Source: a virus
Lineage: Duplodnaviria; Caudoviricetes
IMG/VR virus record: IMGVR_UViG_3300021400_001091
Span: 1 to 64,000 of that record
Direction: 5' to 3' (one strand)
DNA: 64,000 nucleotides
Shown here: positions 8,000-16,677 of the stretch, one piece after another
Position numbering within the stretch: the first letter of the stretch is position 1
How the letters are laid out: every line of letters starts with the position of its first letter
Translations under genes and position numbers: made by a program
Notes under the pieces: model-generated
The model's database searches: none
What the model was told of the DNA's origin: nothing
What the model saw: the letters and a program-made list of their open reading frames with translations, nothing else

Positions 8000-8970
8000 A
8001 TGTAAGGGAAATTTCTGGAAAGAGAGGAAAAATTTGGAAATTTTGTACGTTTTTAACGTTTTTCGATAAAAAATTAACATTTTTAATTAAAAATTTGACT
8101 TTTGTCGTGTGCTGTGGCACCCAATTTTACCCAATTCATATAGCCAATCCAATCTATCTCAGATATCCCCTACGGAACTACCTCAGCCCCTCCACCTACG
8201 TCCGCATCCATTTTCAAGGGCAACGTATACGTATATCGTATACATTTATTGTATACATTTTAAAGCTACGACCCAAGGTTATCCGTTCGGTTATCCTCCG
8301 CTCCCTATTTATATATATATGTTGAAAGCTGCGTTGCCAGCTCTACCCTATGTAAGCTGCGCCAGGTTGAATTTAAAAGCCATCCTTATATATATACGTT
8401 AAACCAGCTACGTTTAATCCGTTGGAGCTGTAACGGACTTTTTATATATACATAATAAAATAAGCGTCCCAAGGTTGATACCAGCTACGACTATCCGTAG
8501 ATTGCGCCAGTTCAACGTTGAAACGCGTTTATTTATATATACTTTATATATATACATTGTAAGTCTTGTTATATGTATACGTCTCGCGGCTTGGTCTTGG
8601 ACTGCGGGACTACGCCCTTGCCAAGATCTGCGCGCGATTGGCGTCTCTTTGGATTGAGAGTTCTTATTACGTATACATATTATATATACGTATTACTTAT
8701 ACGTTATATATATTTAATTTTCTTATTTGATTTTAAGTAGATTTTAGTTAAAGTTCCTATAATTTTTTGAGACCCGAAATTTTTGGAAAATTTCTTGGAA
8801 AATTATTCCTACAAAATTATTCCTCGGCTAAGATTTTTGGAAAATATTTCTAGAAAAATTCTTGGAAAAATTCCTGGAAAATATTTTACGTTGACTGCGC
8901 CGGCCCGTAATTTTTCCCGAAAATATTCCCATAATTAAAAGAGGGCTTCCAAAAAAAGTCCTCTAAAAAT
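8000..8970. other. Non-coding low-complexity region at the +/- strand switch (candidate genome terminus, packaging or origin region)
   Basis: TATATATAC-type and TTTTGGAAAAT-type repeats; only spurious ORFs; convergent transcription meets here. Confidence 0.45.
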
Positions 8971-8974
8971 CCCA

Positions 8975-9124
8975 TTATTCTGCCCGCTCGTACTCTTCAT
9001 CCAGCGCATACTGCACATAGTCCAATACAATCGCTAAATCTTCTTTCCAGCCTGGATAATCTAACTTACCAGATGCAAAGAACCACTTGCATAACCTCTC
9101 ATATACAGTTTCAAAATCTTCCAT
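8975..9124 (-). CDS. Small hypothetical protein (49 aa)
   Basis: MEDFETVYERLCKWFF...; start coupled to the stop of the upstream gene. Confidence 0.6.
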   Translation of the reverse strand: MEDFETVYERLCKWFFASGKLDYPGWKEDLAIVLDYVQYALDEEYERAE

Positions 9125-9474
9125 TACTCTCCATCCTCATCCACATAAAACTCAATCGGTGGCAAATTACTCGCTTCAATCTCTTCACAGCGGGCCGCCA
9201 ACTCAATTCCATCAATTACTTCTATAAAGTTCCTGCAAAAACTTTCGGGTGGCTCTCCGAACCCGCGCCAACAATCGGCGCAACCTCCGAAAATACCCCG
9301 ATATTTACAGAACTCATATTCGGAGAAGTTCTCATAACTAATCTCCCACTCTCGATTTGGCGTTCTATTCATGGGAAGTTTTGTAAAAACCTGCCGCACA
9401 TAACGCCCATTCATGAGAGGTTGCGTGAAGATAATTTTGGAAAAGTGGTTGATATATCCTTTATTATAAGTCAT
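9124..9474 (-). CDS. Hypothetical protein
   Basis: ORF within a coupled operon. Confidence 0.65.
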   Translation of the reverse strand: MTYNKGYINHFSKIIFTQPLMNGRYVRQVFTKLPMNRTPNREWEISYENFSEYEFCKYRGIFGGCADCWRGFGEPPESFCRNFIEVIDGIELAARCEEIEASNLPPIEFYVDEDGE

Positions 9475-9493
9475 CGTTCTACGTTTTCTCCCG

Positions 9494-9634
9494 CTAATAC
9501 ATTTGAATTTCTATATTGCGGAGGACGTAGTCCACCGCTGACTGATAGAGTTCATCTTCATTCTCCGCTTCGGGATCTTCGTAGTCGAATTCGATGTACT
9601 CGGTTTCAAAGTTAATTGAAAAAGTTCGTTCCAT
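9494..9634 (-). CDS. Small acidic protein (46 aa)
   Basis: MERTFSINFETEYIEFDYED...; fills the operon gap. Confidence 0.55.
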   Translation of the reverse strand: MERTFSINFETEYIEFDYEDPEAENEDELYQSAVDYVLRNIEIQMY

Positions 9635-9974
9635 TATTTGGCTCCTTCCAATATCTTGGGATTTCTACGTTTACTAAATAATCATACAGCGCGGCTGCAT
9701 CTGGGATTTCAAAAAGTACTGCGCCATCTTCATTTAAGATCGCGGCGTTCCTCTTACCAAAATGAGTTTCAAAGCACCACCAATCAAGGGTTGAACCTAA
9801 ACCCTCGTCTTTAAGCTCGCAAAGGTCAGAGATTAGATTGTAATAGTTATCAATCCAATGACTTATGGTGTTTTCAAAATCAATACCAAGAGCATTGACA
9901 ACCTGCTCTTCTTCTTCACACATTTTCGCATAGGTGGATATATAGATAATGAATTCATTTTTGGTAAGTTTCAT
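9612..9974 (-). CDS. Hypothetical protein
   Basis: ORF with AAGGAG RBS and upstream TTGATT/TATAAT promoter. Confidence 0.75.
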   Translation of the reverse strand: MKLTKNEFIIYISTYAKMCEEEEQVVNALGIDFENTISHWIDNYYNLISDLCELKDEGLGSTLDWWCFETHFGKRNAAILNEDGAVLFEIPDAAALYDYLVNVEIPRYWKEPNNGTNFFN

Positions 9975-10090
9975 TTTTGACTCCTTATTTTTTTAGAATA
10001 TTTTCTTCTATTATTATTATAACAAATTTTTAGAAAAAAATCAAAATTTAAAAGACGGCAGATTTTGCCGCCTTAGTTAATTTCCTAATA

Positions 10091-11893
10091 TTAAAAACCC
10101 CAACTTGATCTAAGTTTTGTTTGATGAGATTCTAGCCCACCTTTAGACTTACCATTTAAGTAACTAACTATATTAAAAGCTTGTTTTTCACCCCTTAATC
10201 TATCAAAAGTAGCTTCTAATTTAAAACTCAATTGCTGCCCTAAATTTTTAATTTCTTTTAAAGCTTTTAATTCTTCCATTAGTTTAGTTAACATTTCATC
10301 AGCAAAAGTTACTGTTGGTCCAACTATATAGACATAATTGCCACCAGTTTCAATAACCTCAAGATCCAAAGTTGCTAATTGACTCGAAAACCCCATTTGG
10401 TCAAGACCCATATATAAGAAATCTGGAGCAAATTGAGTGAAATATAAGTTCATTTTTTGAACTATACTATCAATTCTTTCATCTAATTCTATATATAAAG
10501 GAAATCTTTCAGCAGAAGGATCATCATGACTAAAAGTGGTGTTTGGTCCAACTTGAGAATAGCTAGACCCAATTCTTTTATATGGCACGTTGTATGCATC
10601 ACTAGTATAAACATCTTTTAAAGGGTCCAACCCACCAAATAAATTAAAAATATCATCTACAGGTTTTTCTGCAAAAGAAATATAGTGAGAAAAATCAGTT
10701 GATAAATCATCTATAGTATTTTTAACTTGAATACCATATTGAATACCACCCACTTCTTTTAAAACTATATCTATACTTGGTTGTTTTTTACTATAAACCC
10801 CTCTTTGAGAACCTATCCAATGAAAAGCTTTGTCTCGATATTTATCTCCTAATAAAGCAGTTATAGCTACAACCGCACTTAATTCTCCTAAAATACCCTC
10901 TAATTGTGCATAAGACCTACCAACAAAAAACATCTTTTCATCTAGGCCTAGCATATATTTAATTCGATTTTGCACGAATTCTCTATCTTTTCCTTGTAAA
11001 TGTAATTCATCTAAAATACGTATTGTTAATTCTTCATTAACTTTTGTTAATTCAGCATTAGATTTTATGTCAGACCCCTTTCCTGTTTTCCCTGTAGTAG
11101 CATTTGATGTTATATCAGACCAAGTTACCCCTAATGTTTGACTAAGGGATTCATTACCAAAATTAGCTTTCCCATGAACTGGTTTTAACAATATTCTTGC
11201 AGTTTTAATAGCTTCATATTCTGGAGAATCTTTTGCCAGTCCCCTTAAAGTAGCATTAGAATTAATTAATTTTTGTAAACTGTCTACGTGTGCATCAAAA
11301 GCAGTTGTAGTTAATCCTGCAGCAATCTCTAAAGCTCCTTTTCCTCCACTTTTTGATTTGTATTGTGCAAATGAACTGGCCGTTAGTGTACCACCTTTTC
11401 CAAGGGTAGAATTAGACAATGCTCCTAAAAGTGTGTTTATGACCTCGTCAGCTATTTCTTGAGTAACTTGATCATTTTGAAAAGCTTGAAGTATTTTATT
11501 TTGCCCTGGCCCCATTAAATTTGAACTAATAAGATTATAAATCATATTTTCAATTAATTGGGACTTTTCTCTAAGTTTTATATCTGTAGCATTTTTATAT
11601 TGGTCTACTATTGTTTTTAAAGACTTTCCAGTAAAAGTAGTCAAATTATAATTATTATAATATTCTGCAACTCTTGTCTTAAACAACTCAGGGTTTCCTT
11701 TACAACCAAACTGGTCTAAAAAATTATCTTTTTGTTGACTCATATCTTTAATTTTTTTATCTAAGTCGATAATCGTTTTATCAATTAAATTATCAATATC
11801 TAATTGAGTAGCAATTGACATAAAATTTAAGGCACTTTCTCCTCGTTCAACAACATTTGCTACACCCTCTATAGAGTTTAAGTCTAAAGCCAT
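10091..11893 (-). CDS. Large hypothetical protein (600 aa) with a possible PD-(D/E)xK-like motif
   Basis: Long ORF; SIDIVL...GIQVKN; preceded by the CTACTTATTT late-type motif. Confidence 0.75.
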   Translation of the reverse strand: MALDLNSIEGVANVVERGESALNFMSIATQLDIDNLIDKTIIDLDKKIKDMSQQKDNFLDQFGCKGNPELFKTRVAEYYNNYNLTTFTGKSLKTIVDQYKNATDIKLREKSQLIENMIYNLISSNLMGPGQNKILQAFQNDQVTQEIADEVINTLLGALSNSTLGKGGTLTASSFAQYKSKSGGKGALEIAAGLTTTAFDAHVDSLQKLINSNATLRGLAKDSPEYEAIKTARILLKPVHGKANFGNESLSQTLGVTWSDITSNATTGKTGKGSDIKSNAELTKVNEELTIRILDELHLQGKDREFVQNRIKYMLGLDEKMFFVGRSYAQLEGILGELSAVVAITALLGDKYRDKAFHWIGSQRGVYSKKQPSIDIVLKEVGGIQYGIQVKNTIDDLSTDFSHYISFAEKPVDDIFNLFGGLDPLKDVYTSDAYNVPYKRIGSSYSQVGPNTTFSHDDPSAERFPLYIELDERIDSIVQKMNLYFTQFAPDFLYMGLDQMGFSSQLATLDLEVIETGGNYVYIVGPTVTFADEMLTKLMEELKALKEIKNLGQQLSFKLEATFDRLRGEKQAFNIVSYLNGKSKGGLESHQTKLRSSWGF

Positions 11894-12043
11894 ATATAAA
11901 TCCCCCCTAAAAAGAAAAGGGCGATTGTTTAATACGACCGCCCCAAGAGATATATATTAAAAGTCTTGGCGTTTGCGCGAAGACTTGTATTATTTAACTG
12001 TCACAAATAAGTAGACAGAATTAAGTTGCTCTCAATTTTTTTG

Positions 12044-12277
12044 CTACCAAATTGCGTTTTCTTCAATAGAATTCCAAAAATCCAAATAGCTCTCTTCATC
12101 CAGCTTTACCACGCGGTCTGGACTTAAAATTCTCAAAGTACATTCTAAAATCTCATTCTCTCCATACTGCTCTGCCAAAATATTTGAAGCCTCACCAAAA
12201 GTCCCAGCAACTACCACTCCAGCGTGAGACTCCATTTCCCCTTCATAATCCCAGACCAATCTATATCCATAAACCAT
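12044..12277 (-). CDS. Hypothetical protein
   Basis: ORF with GGAGG RBS. Confidence 0.7.
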   Translation of the reverse strand: MVYGYRLVWDYEGEMESHAGVVVAGTFGEASNILAEQYGENEILECTLRILSPDRVVKLDEESYLDFWNSIEENAIW

Positions 12278-12424
12278 TTAATCTTCCTCCTTTGCTTCGC
12301 CCCAAGAACAAAAATCATCGTCCCAGCAGTTAATCAAATGGAACTTACACCACATATTTGTAAGCTGCTCCTTTGCATAAATACAATCTTTACAGAAAAT
12401 TGTTACAATCTTCTCCTTATCCAT
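12278..12424 (-). CDS. Small Cys-rich protein
   Basis: Start reset to MDKEKIV after AAGGAG; CKDC...C...C pattern. Confidence 0.6.
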   Translation of the reverse strand: MDKEKIVTIFCKDCIYAKEQLTNMWCKFHLINCWDDDFCSWGEAKEED

Positions 12425-12435
12425 TGTAAACTCCT

Positions 12436-12876
12436 TTACCAACTCACATAAACATCGACAATTCCACTGGTCGGACAAACATCGTAAACCTTTGCTGGCC
12501 CGAAAGGTGTAGACAAAACAGTCCCTTGCGCATAGTCACAGGAAGCTACACAAATGTAACCATCACCATCACAAACATATCCATTCCCATCGACATGGCG
12601 GCCAGGGATATTAAGTCCTCCACCAGGAAGAACTTTCTCGCTATACCAGGTGTATTGAATACCGTTAGCATAGATAACTCCTTGTGTACGAAACTCTGAA
12701 GGAGATACATAACCTCCAGACTGAACTTCAGCGGCCTCTTCTTCTGCAGCCTTTTCAGCTGCAATTTCAGCTTGCCTTTGTACTTCTTTCTCTAAAGCTT
12801 CTTCTGATAAGTCTGTCATAGTCGCACAAAATGGCAATATTAAAGACATAGCAATAACAAAAGCTTTTATACCCAT
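12436..12876 (-). CDS. Secreted 3D/RlpA-like (double-psi barrel) cell-wall protein
   Basis: Signal peptide; YICVAS..GTVLSTPFG..VYD..VDVYVSW pattern; related to 18323-18751. Confidence 0.5.
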   Translation of the reverse strand: MGIKAFVIAMSLILPFCATMTDLSEEALEKEVQRQAEIAAEKAAEEEAAEVQSGGYVSPSEFRTQGVIYANGIQYTWYSEKVLPGGGLNIPGRHVDGNGYVCDGDGYICVASCDYAQGTVLSTPFGPAKVYDVCPTSGIVDVYVSW

Positions 12877-13046
12877 ACATAACCCTCCTATTATAAATAT
12901 ATTATATCATATTTTTATGGAAAAATCAAATTTTAGGTGTTGTTATGTAGTTGGCGCGAGGCCGTAATTTCCTATAATAAAACCGCCGCAAACTTACGTC
13001 TACGGCGGAGAAAGGAGGGACTTTGGGTACCAATATTGCACCCATG

Positions 13047-13127
13047 TGGTGGAGATGGCGAGAATCGAACTCGCGTCCAAGACGTTCACTTCGGGTTTAC
13101 CGTCCCGTCGAAACCTTTCTCATCCCC
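13047..13127 (-). ncRNA. ssrA: Mini-tmRNA: tRNA-like domain only, no mRNA/tag domain
   Basis: GGGGAUG..AGGUUUCGAC 5' end; GGAC-GCGAG-UUCGAUU-CUCGC-CAUCUCC-ACCA 3' end; G3:U70; short closing hairpin in place of the MLD. Confidence 0.8.
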
Positions 13128-13136
13128 ATAAACTGA

Positions 13137-13343
13137 CTAAGGCAGCTTAGTCAGAAGGCTCAACATTTCCCGAGAATTGCGAACTGTTTCATCGTATTCA
13201 TCGAGAACTTCATTAGCCTGAACGAGTCGCTTTTCCAACTCAATTAACCAGTCGGATAGCGGCCCAGCAAGGTCGTTATCAAAGATTGTGTTGATGTCCT
13301 TAATAATTTCCTCATTACTGGTCATTACTTCTATGAGTGTCAT
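13137..13343 (-). CDS. Hypothetical protein
   Basis: ORF with AGGAGG RBS inside the tRNA operon. Confidence 0.7.
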   Translation of the reverse strand: MTLIEVMTSNEEIIKDINTIFDNDLAGPLSDWLIELEKRLVQANEVLDEYDETVRNSREMLSLLTKLP

Positions 13344-13368
13344 TTGAATATTCCTCCTATAAAGTAGC

Positions 13369-13452
13369 TGGTGCGGGAGAAGGGACTCGAACCCTTACGC
13401 ACACGGCGCCAGTTCCTAAGACTGGTGCGGCTGCCAATTACGCCACTCCCGC
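13369..13452 (-). tRNA. tRNA-Leu(TAG)
   Basis: Cloverleaf; CCAGT-CT TAG GA-ACTGG; long variable arm; CCA. Confidence 0.95.
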
Positions 13453-13460
13453 ATATTAAC

Positions 13461-13539
13461 TGGAGGACAGAGTGAGATTTGAACTCACGAATACACGGGT
13501 TGCAACCGTGCCCAATAGACCGAACTCTGGCATCTGTCC
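13461..13539 (-). tRNA. tRNA-Cys(GCA)
   Basis: CACGG-TT GCA AC-CCGTG; U73; CCA. Confidence 0.9.
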
Positions 13540-13542
13540 ATA

Positions 13543-13619
13543 TGGTGACGCTACGCGGACTCGAACCGCGACTCTTTAGGATGAAAACCTAATGTGTTAG
13601 CCTGTTGCACCATAGCGCC
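13543..13619 (-). tRNA. tRNA-Glu(TTC)
   Basis: TTAGG-TT TTC AT-CCTAA; CCA. Confidence 0.9.
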
Positions 13620-13622
13620 ATA

Positions 13623-13767
13623 AACTGTTGGTGAGGATTTGCACCTCACATAAGTCGATATCTACTCAAGTCGGAGGGAGTTGAACCCATAGGCACTTCC
13701 CGAAGGTTTTTAATCCTATGCCTGTCGCCTGACCATCCTCGCGTCTACCTATTCCGCCACAACAGTT
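13623..13767 (-). ncRNA. Oversized tRNA-like RNA (about 145 nt) with a nested insert
   Basis: AACUGUUG/CAACAGUU closing stem; Leu-type D arm UGGCGGAAUAGGUAGACGC; T-like arm GUGAGG-UGCAAAU-CCUCAC; about 90-nt insert. Confidence 0.6.
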
Positions 13768-13770
13768 AAT

Positions 13771-13847
13771 TGGTGGATCGACCGGGGCTCGAACCCGGAA
13801 CCTCCTGCGTGCAAAGCAGGCGCTCTCCCAATTAGAGCTACCAACCC
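13771..13847 (-). tRNA. tRNA-Ala(TGC)
   Basis: G3:U70; CCTGC-TT TGC AC-GCAGG; CCA. Confidence 0.95.
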
Positions 13848-13922
13848 ACAAAATATCAGTTTAAGCGTGCAACTGAAAAGCAGCAGAGATTTTTTATCCG
13901 GATATAGTAATCTGCCAACTAA

Positions 13923-14000
13923 TGGTCGGGGTGATAGGATTTGAACCTACGGCCTTCCGGTCCCAAACCGGACGCTCTAGCCAAGCTGAGCTACACCCCG
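13923..14000 (-). tRNA. tRNA-Pro(TGG)
   Basis: Canonical cloverleaf; CCA. Confidence 0.95.
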
Positions 14001-14021
14001 ATAAAAGGAGGAAAATCCTCC

Positions 14022-14222
14022 TTAATCTTCATATGCATCCTGCCAAGCGAAATTGAGACGGTCCTTTAATTCCTCAATATCTTCATGGAGTTCAGCCAAC
14101 CTATCCCATTTAGGGTCATTAGGTTCCCAGTTAAGACAATCAGTAGAAAAATCGGTATAAGTCTGCCGCGCAGCTTCTAATCTCTTCTCCAGCATGGGGA
14201 TGCTTTCATAATCACGATACAT
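14022..14222 (-). CDS. Hypothetical protein
   Basis: ORF with RBS. Confidence 0.7.
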   Translation of the reverse strand: MYRDYESIPMLEKRLEAARQTYTDFSTDCLNWEPNDPKWDRLAELHEDIEELKDRLNFAWQDAYED

Positions 14223-14235
14223 TGTAGTTTCCTTT

Positions 14236-14769
14236 CTAAAAAGCCTTCAAACCTTCATCAAAATCATTTACTACACAGAATGTCCAAAGCTCTTCTGTCC
14301 ACTTCTCCCAAAACTCTCTCAATTCCTTTTCGTGGAAGTAGATATAGTCGGCGGCCCAGGCTGTAGCAACACATTCGTCAAGGATATAGTAATATGCAGT
14401 ACAATACTTAGCATATTCTTCCTCATCCTCACAACACACAGTCAATGCTTCAATGAGTTCTTTCGTTTCATCAAACTCTGCCTGCTCTGTGTCAGACCAC
14501 AGCCGCCAAGTTTCATGATGACCAATTTCGTGAAGAAGACTCCAAATGAAAACGTTATCGGTAATTCTTGCGGCTTCGGGATGGTTTTCACAAATGAATT
14601 TCATAAAAGTTTCATCAGCAACGGCACTCATCAACAGTGAATACTGAAGTCTCTCAGTTTCATAGCAATAATTAAAATCCATACCGAGCTCCGCAGTACA
14701 CCCAAATTGAGATACAAAATCGTTAACAACCTTATCCAGTTGTTCTTTTCCTTTTAACGCATAAAACAT
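14236..14769 (-). CDS. Putative zincin-like metalloprotein
   Basis: LLHEIGHH (HExxH) with a downstream E. Confidence 0.55.
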   Translation of the reverse strand: MFYALKGKEQLDKVVNDFVSQFGCTAELGMDFNYCYETERLQYSLLMSAVADETFMKFICENHPEAARITDNVFIWSLLHEIGHHETWRLWSDTEQAEFDETKELIEALTVCCEDEEEYAKYCTAYYYILDECVATAWAADYIYFHEKELREFWEKWTEELWTFCVVNDFDEGLKAF

Positions 14770-14828
14770 AATAAAATCTCCCTTCTTTCTATATATATTA
14801 TATAAAAAATTTAGGATTTTTTCAAGTT

Positions 14829-15200
14829 TTACTTTTCAAGAAAACTAGCCACCATTTCAATATGGTCTTCAATTTGAACTATATTCTGGCAGGAAGTTCT
14901 CACTACTATCCCATCCTTGTCAAAGCCTTCGATTTCTTTTGAAAGAGGAAACTTTTTATAAACCATAATTGTCTTGCCGCCCTTCAAATTCACAACATCA
15001 CCAATAAATACTTCAGTGAAGATTGTATTGGACTTGCGCTCGGTCTGGATTTCATCTACAAAATCGTAGATATCCTCGTCATATAGAATGTCCATAATGT
15101 CTGTTGTCCCGAAAAGATCAAGGCAAGCAGTTTCGTTGCGGCTAAGCCACTTTAAACAATCAATTAGTTCGTTAAAGCTTTCTCTTTCTTCTGCTTTCAT
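14829..15200 (-). CDS. Hypothetical protein
   Basis: ORF with GGAG RBS. Confidence 0.7.
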   Translation of the reverse strand: MKAEERESFNELIDCLKWLSRNETACLDLFGTTDIMDILYDEDIYDFVDEIQTERKSNTIFTEVFIGDVVNLKGGKTIMVYKKFPLSKEIEGFDKDGIVVRTSCQNIVQIEDHIEMVASFLEK

Positions 15201-15210
15201 AGTATTTCTC

Positions 15211-15705
15211 CTATTTACTTAAACGATCTGCAATAGAGCTTGCAGCAAAAGAGTCTGGTTTAATCTCACATTCTAAACCTGTAGCATGAACCCAACCTAC
15301 TAATCCATCAACCAAGGTTGCAGTTTTATTCCTGGGCGCATTACCTACATCGAGATGAATACAGACAGGAACTTCGCTTACGAATTCCGCATACTGCGGC
15401 TGGTCGAGTTCGTCAAGAAGACGGGTAGCCACAATTAGTGAATCACCAGTTTCAATTTCTAATTTCTCTCTTAAGCTTTCAATTAAAGGTAGATACTTCT
15501 TTTTATAGAAAAAAATACCGCCATGACCTTCACAGACAATCGTAATTACCGTTACGACCTTCGTATCATGACGATTTTGACTATCAGTACCCACGATTAA
15601 GCTGAAGGGCATACCATATTTTTTTCTCTCATTATAAAAAAGAAGTAACTTTGAAGGGATTTCTTCTAAGTCGATTTCCCCGTAAGTCATACTGTGAAAC
15701 TTCAT
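15211..15705 (-). CDS. RNase H-like YkuK (DUF458) family protein
   Basis: IVGTDSQ, IHLDVG and IKPDSFAASSIADR motifs. Confidence 0.75.
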   Translation of the reverse strand: MKFHSMTYGEIDLEEIPSKLLLFYNERKKYGMPFSLIVGTDSQNRHDTKVVTVITIVCEGHGGIFFYKKKYLPLIESLREKLEIETGDSLIVATRLLDELDQPQYAEFVSEVPVCIHLDVGNAPRNKTATLVDGLVGWVHATGLECEIKPDSFAASSIADRLSK

Positions 15706-15787
15706 AATTACTTCCTCTGAAAAGCCGCTGTACGAGTTAACTCGCCTATTTGTGCATTTGGCCGCACGTCGGTGGCGACAGAATTAA

Positions 15788-15863
15788 TGGAGCCTGAAGA
15801 GGGACTCGAACCCCCGACCTATTGATTACAAATCAATTGCACTACCAGCTGTGCTATTCAGGC
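15788..15863 (-). tRNA. tRNA-Thr(TGT)
   Basis: ATTGA-TT TGT AA-TCAAT; CCA. Confidence 0.95.
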
Positions 15864-16048
15864 GCATATGCGGGAAGCTTTAGTTTTTTCCATGGACAGG
15901 TACTATATGCTTCCCTGGGAATACCTGCACTCCCAGATTGTTTCTTGATGAGGTTTTCTAATATAGTTTATCCTTCCAAGAAACTTACAAAAGGCCTGTC
16001 GATTTGTGCATCGGTAGACGTCCGGCCGAGAGGCCCGACAGGAACTAA

Positions 16049-16119
16049 TACCCTGGGCAAGAATCGAACTTGCGACCTGCAATATAATTGCTTCTTCTCT
16101 TCCACTGAGTTACCAGGAT
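16049..16119 (-). pseudogene. tRNA-like element with an aberrant anticodon arm (pseudo-tRNA)
   Basis: Intact acceptor, D and T arms (GCAAG-TTCGATT-CTTGC), but the anticodon arm GCAAT-TAT-ATTGC lacks a 7-nt loop; no CCA. Confidence 0.65.
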
Positions 16120-16126
16120 ATATAAT

Positions 16127-16200
16127 TGGCTACCCCTGTTGGAGTCGAACCAACACATACGGGATCAAAACCCGTTGCGCTGCCATTACGCTAAGGGGCA
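16127..16200 (-). tRNA. tRNA-Gln(TTG)
   Basis: ACGGG-TT TTG AT-CCCGT; U1:A72; CCA. Confidence 0.93.
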
Positions 16201-16205
16201 TCAAC

Positions 16206-16279
16206 TGGAGCAGTATACGAGGTTCGAACTCGTGACGTCTGCTTGGAAGGCAGAAATGTTACCACTACACCAATACTGC
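16206..16279 (-). tRNA. tRNA-Gly(TCC)
   Basis: TCTGC-CT TCC AA-GCAGA; U73; CCA. Confidence 0.93.
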
Positions 16280-16284
16280 ACATA

Positions 16285-16670
16285 ATATAGCGTATTATAC
16301 GCATACGCCAGACGGATTTAAGGTAATCACACCATGGGCGGTTTTCTATGCTGGATAACCGCAAACCAGGGTATGAGGCTTTTCTACCGCGCGCCACTCC
16401 TTACGCGCCTTTGATGGAAAGTTCGCTCTTTTCCGCGCCATCAGCGAATGGGTCACTCCTCCCGCGTACAGGGTCTCTCTTAGTCGAGCGATTCAACTTT
16501 TCCTTACCTTTGTTTGCTCCCCATGGATCCCCGGCTCCCCTTTATGTCCACAATTCATTCGGTCATGACTCCGATACACAGGTACTGTTGGTCATCATTC
16601 CTTCGATGGATGGTTCGTCATCAGCAAACTCTCTCAATACATTGGGTACCTATATTGAGTTTTGATTGAT
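16285..16670 (-). ncRNA. About 390-nt structured non-coding RNA candidate between tRNA-Leu and tRNA-Gly
   Basis: GC-richer and non-coding; several helices (CUCAAUAU/GUAUUGAG, UGAUGG/CCAUCA, GCGGUU/AACCGC) and a possible AGGUAC/GUACCU pseudoknot. Confidence 0.5.
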
Positions 16671-16677
16671 AAGCTTA

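Noticed and set aside
7037-9615. + strand ORFs 7037-7336, 7996-8325, 8109-8402, 8475-8657, 9073-9615 and similar shadow ORFs elsewhere (e.g. 15822-16665, 22588-22935)
   Set aside because: No RBS, low-complexity or implausible composition, or antisense to real genes and structured RNAs.
13047-13127. Integration-site (att) remnant of host ssrA
   Set aside because: att duplications carry only one end of the gene. Here both ends are present and correctly paired, and no integrase is visible in the window.
16585-16630. Hammerhead ribozyme (CUGAUGA on the - strand)
   Set aside because: No correctly placed GAAA or stem II/III pairing.
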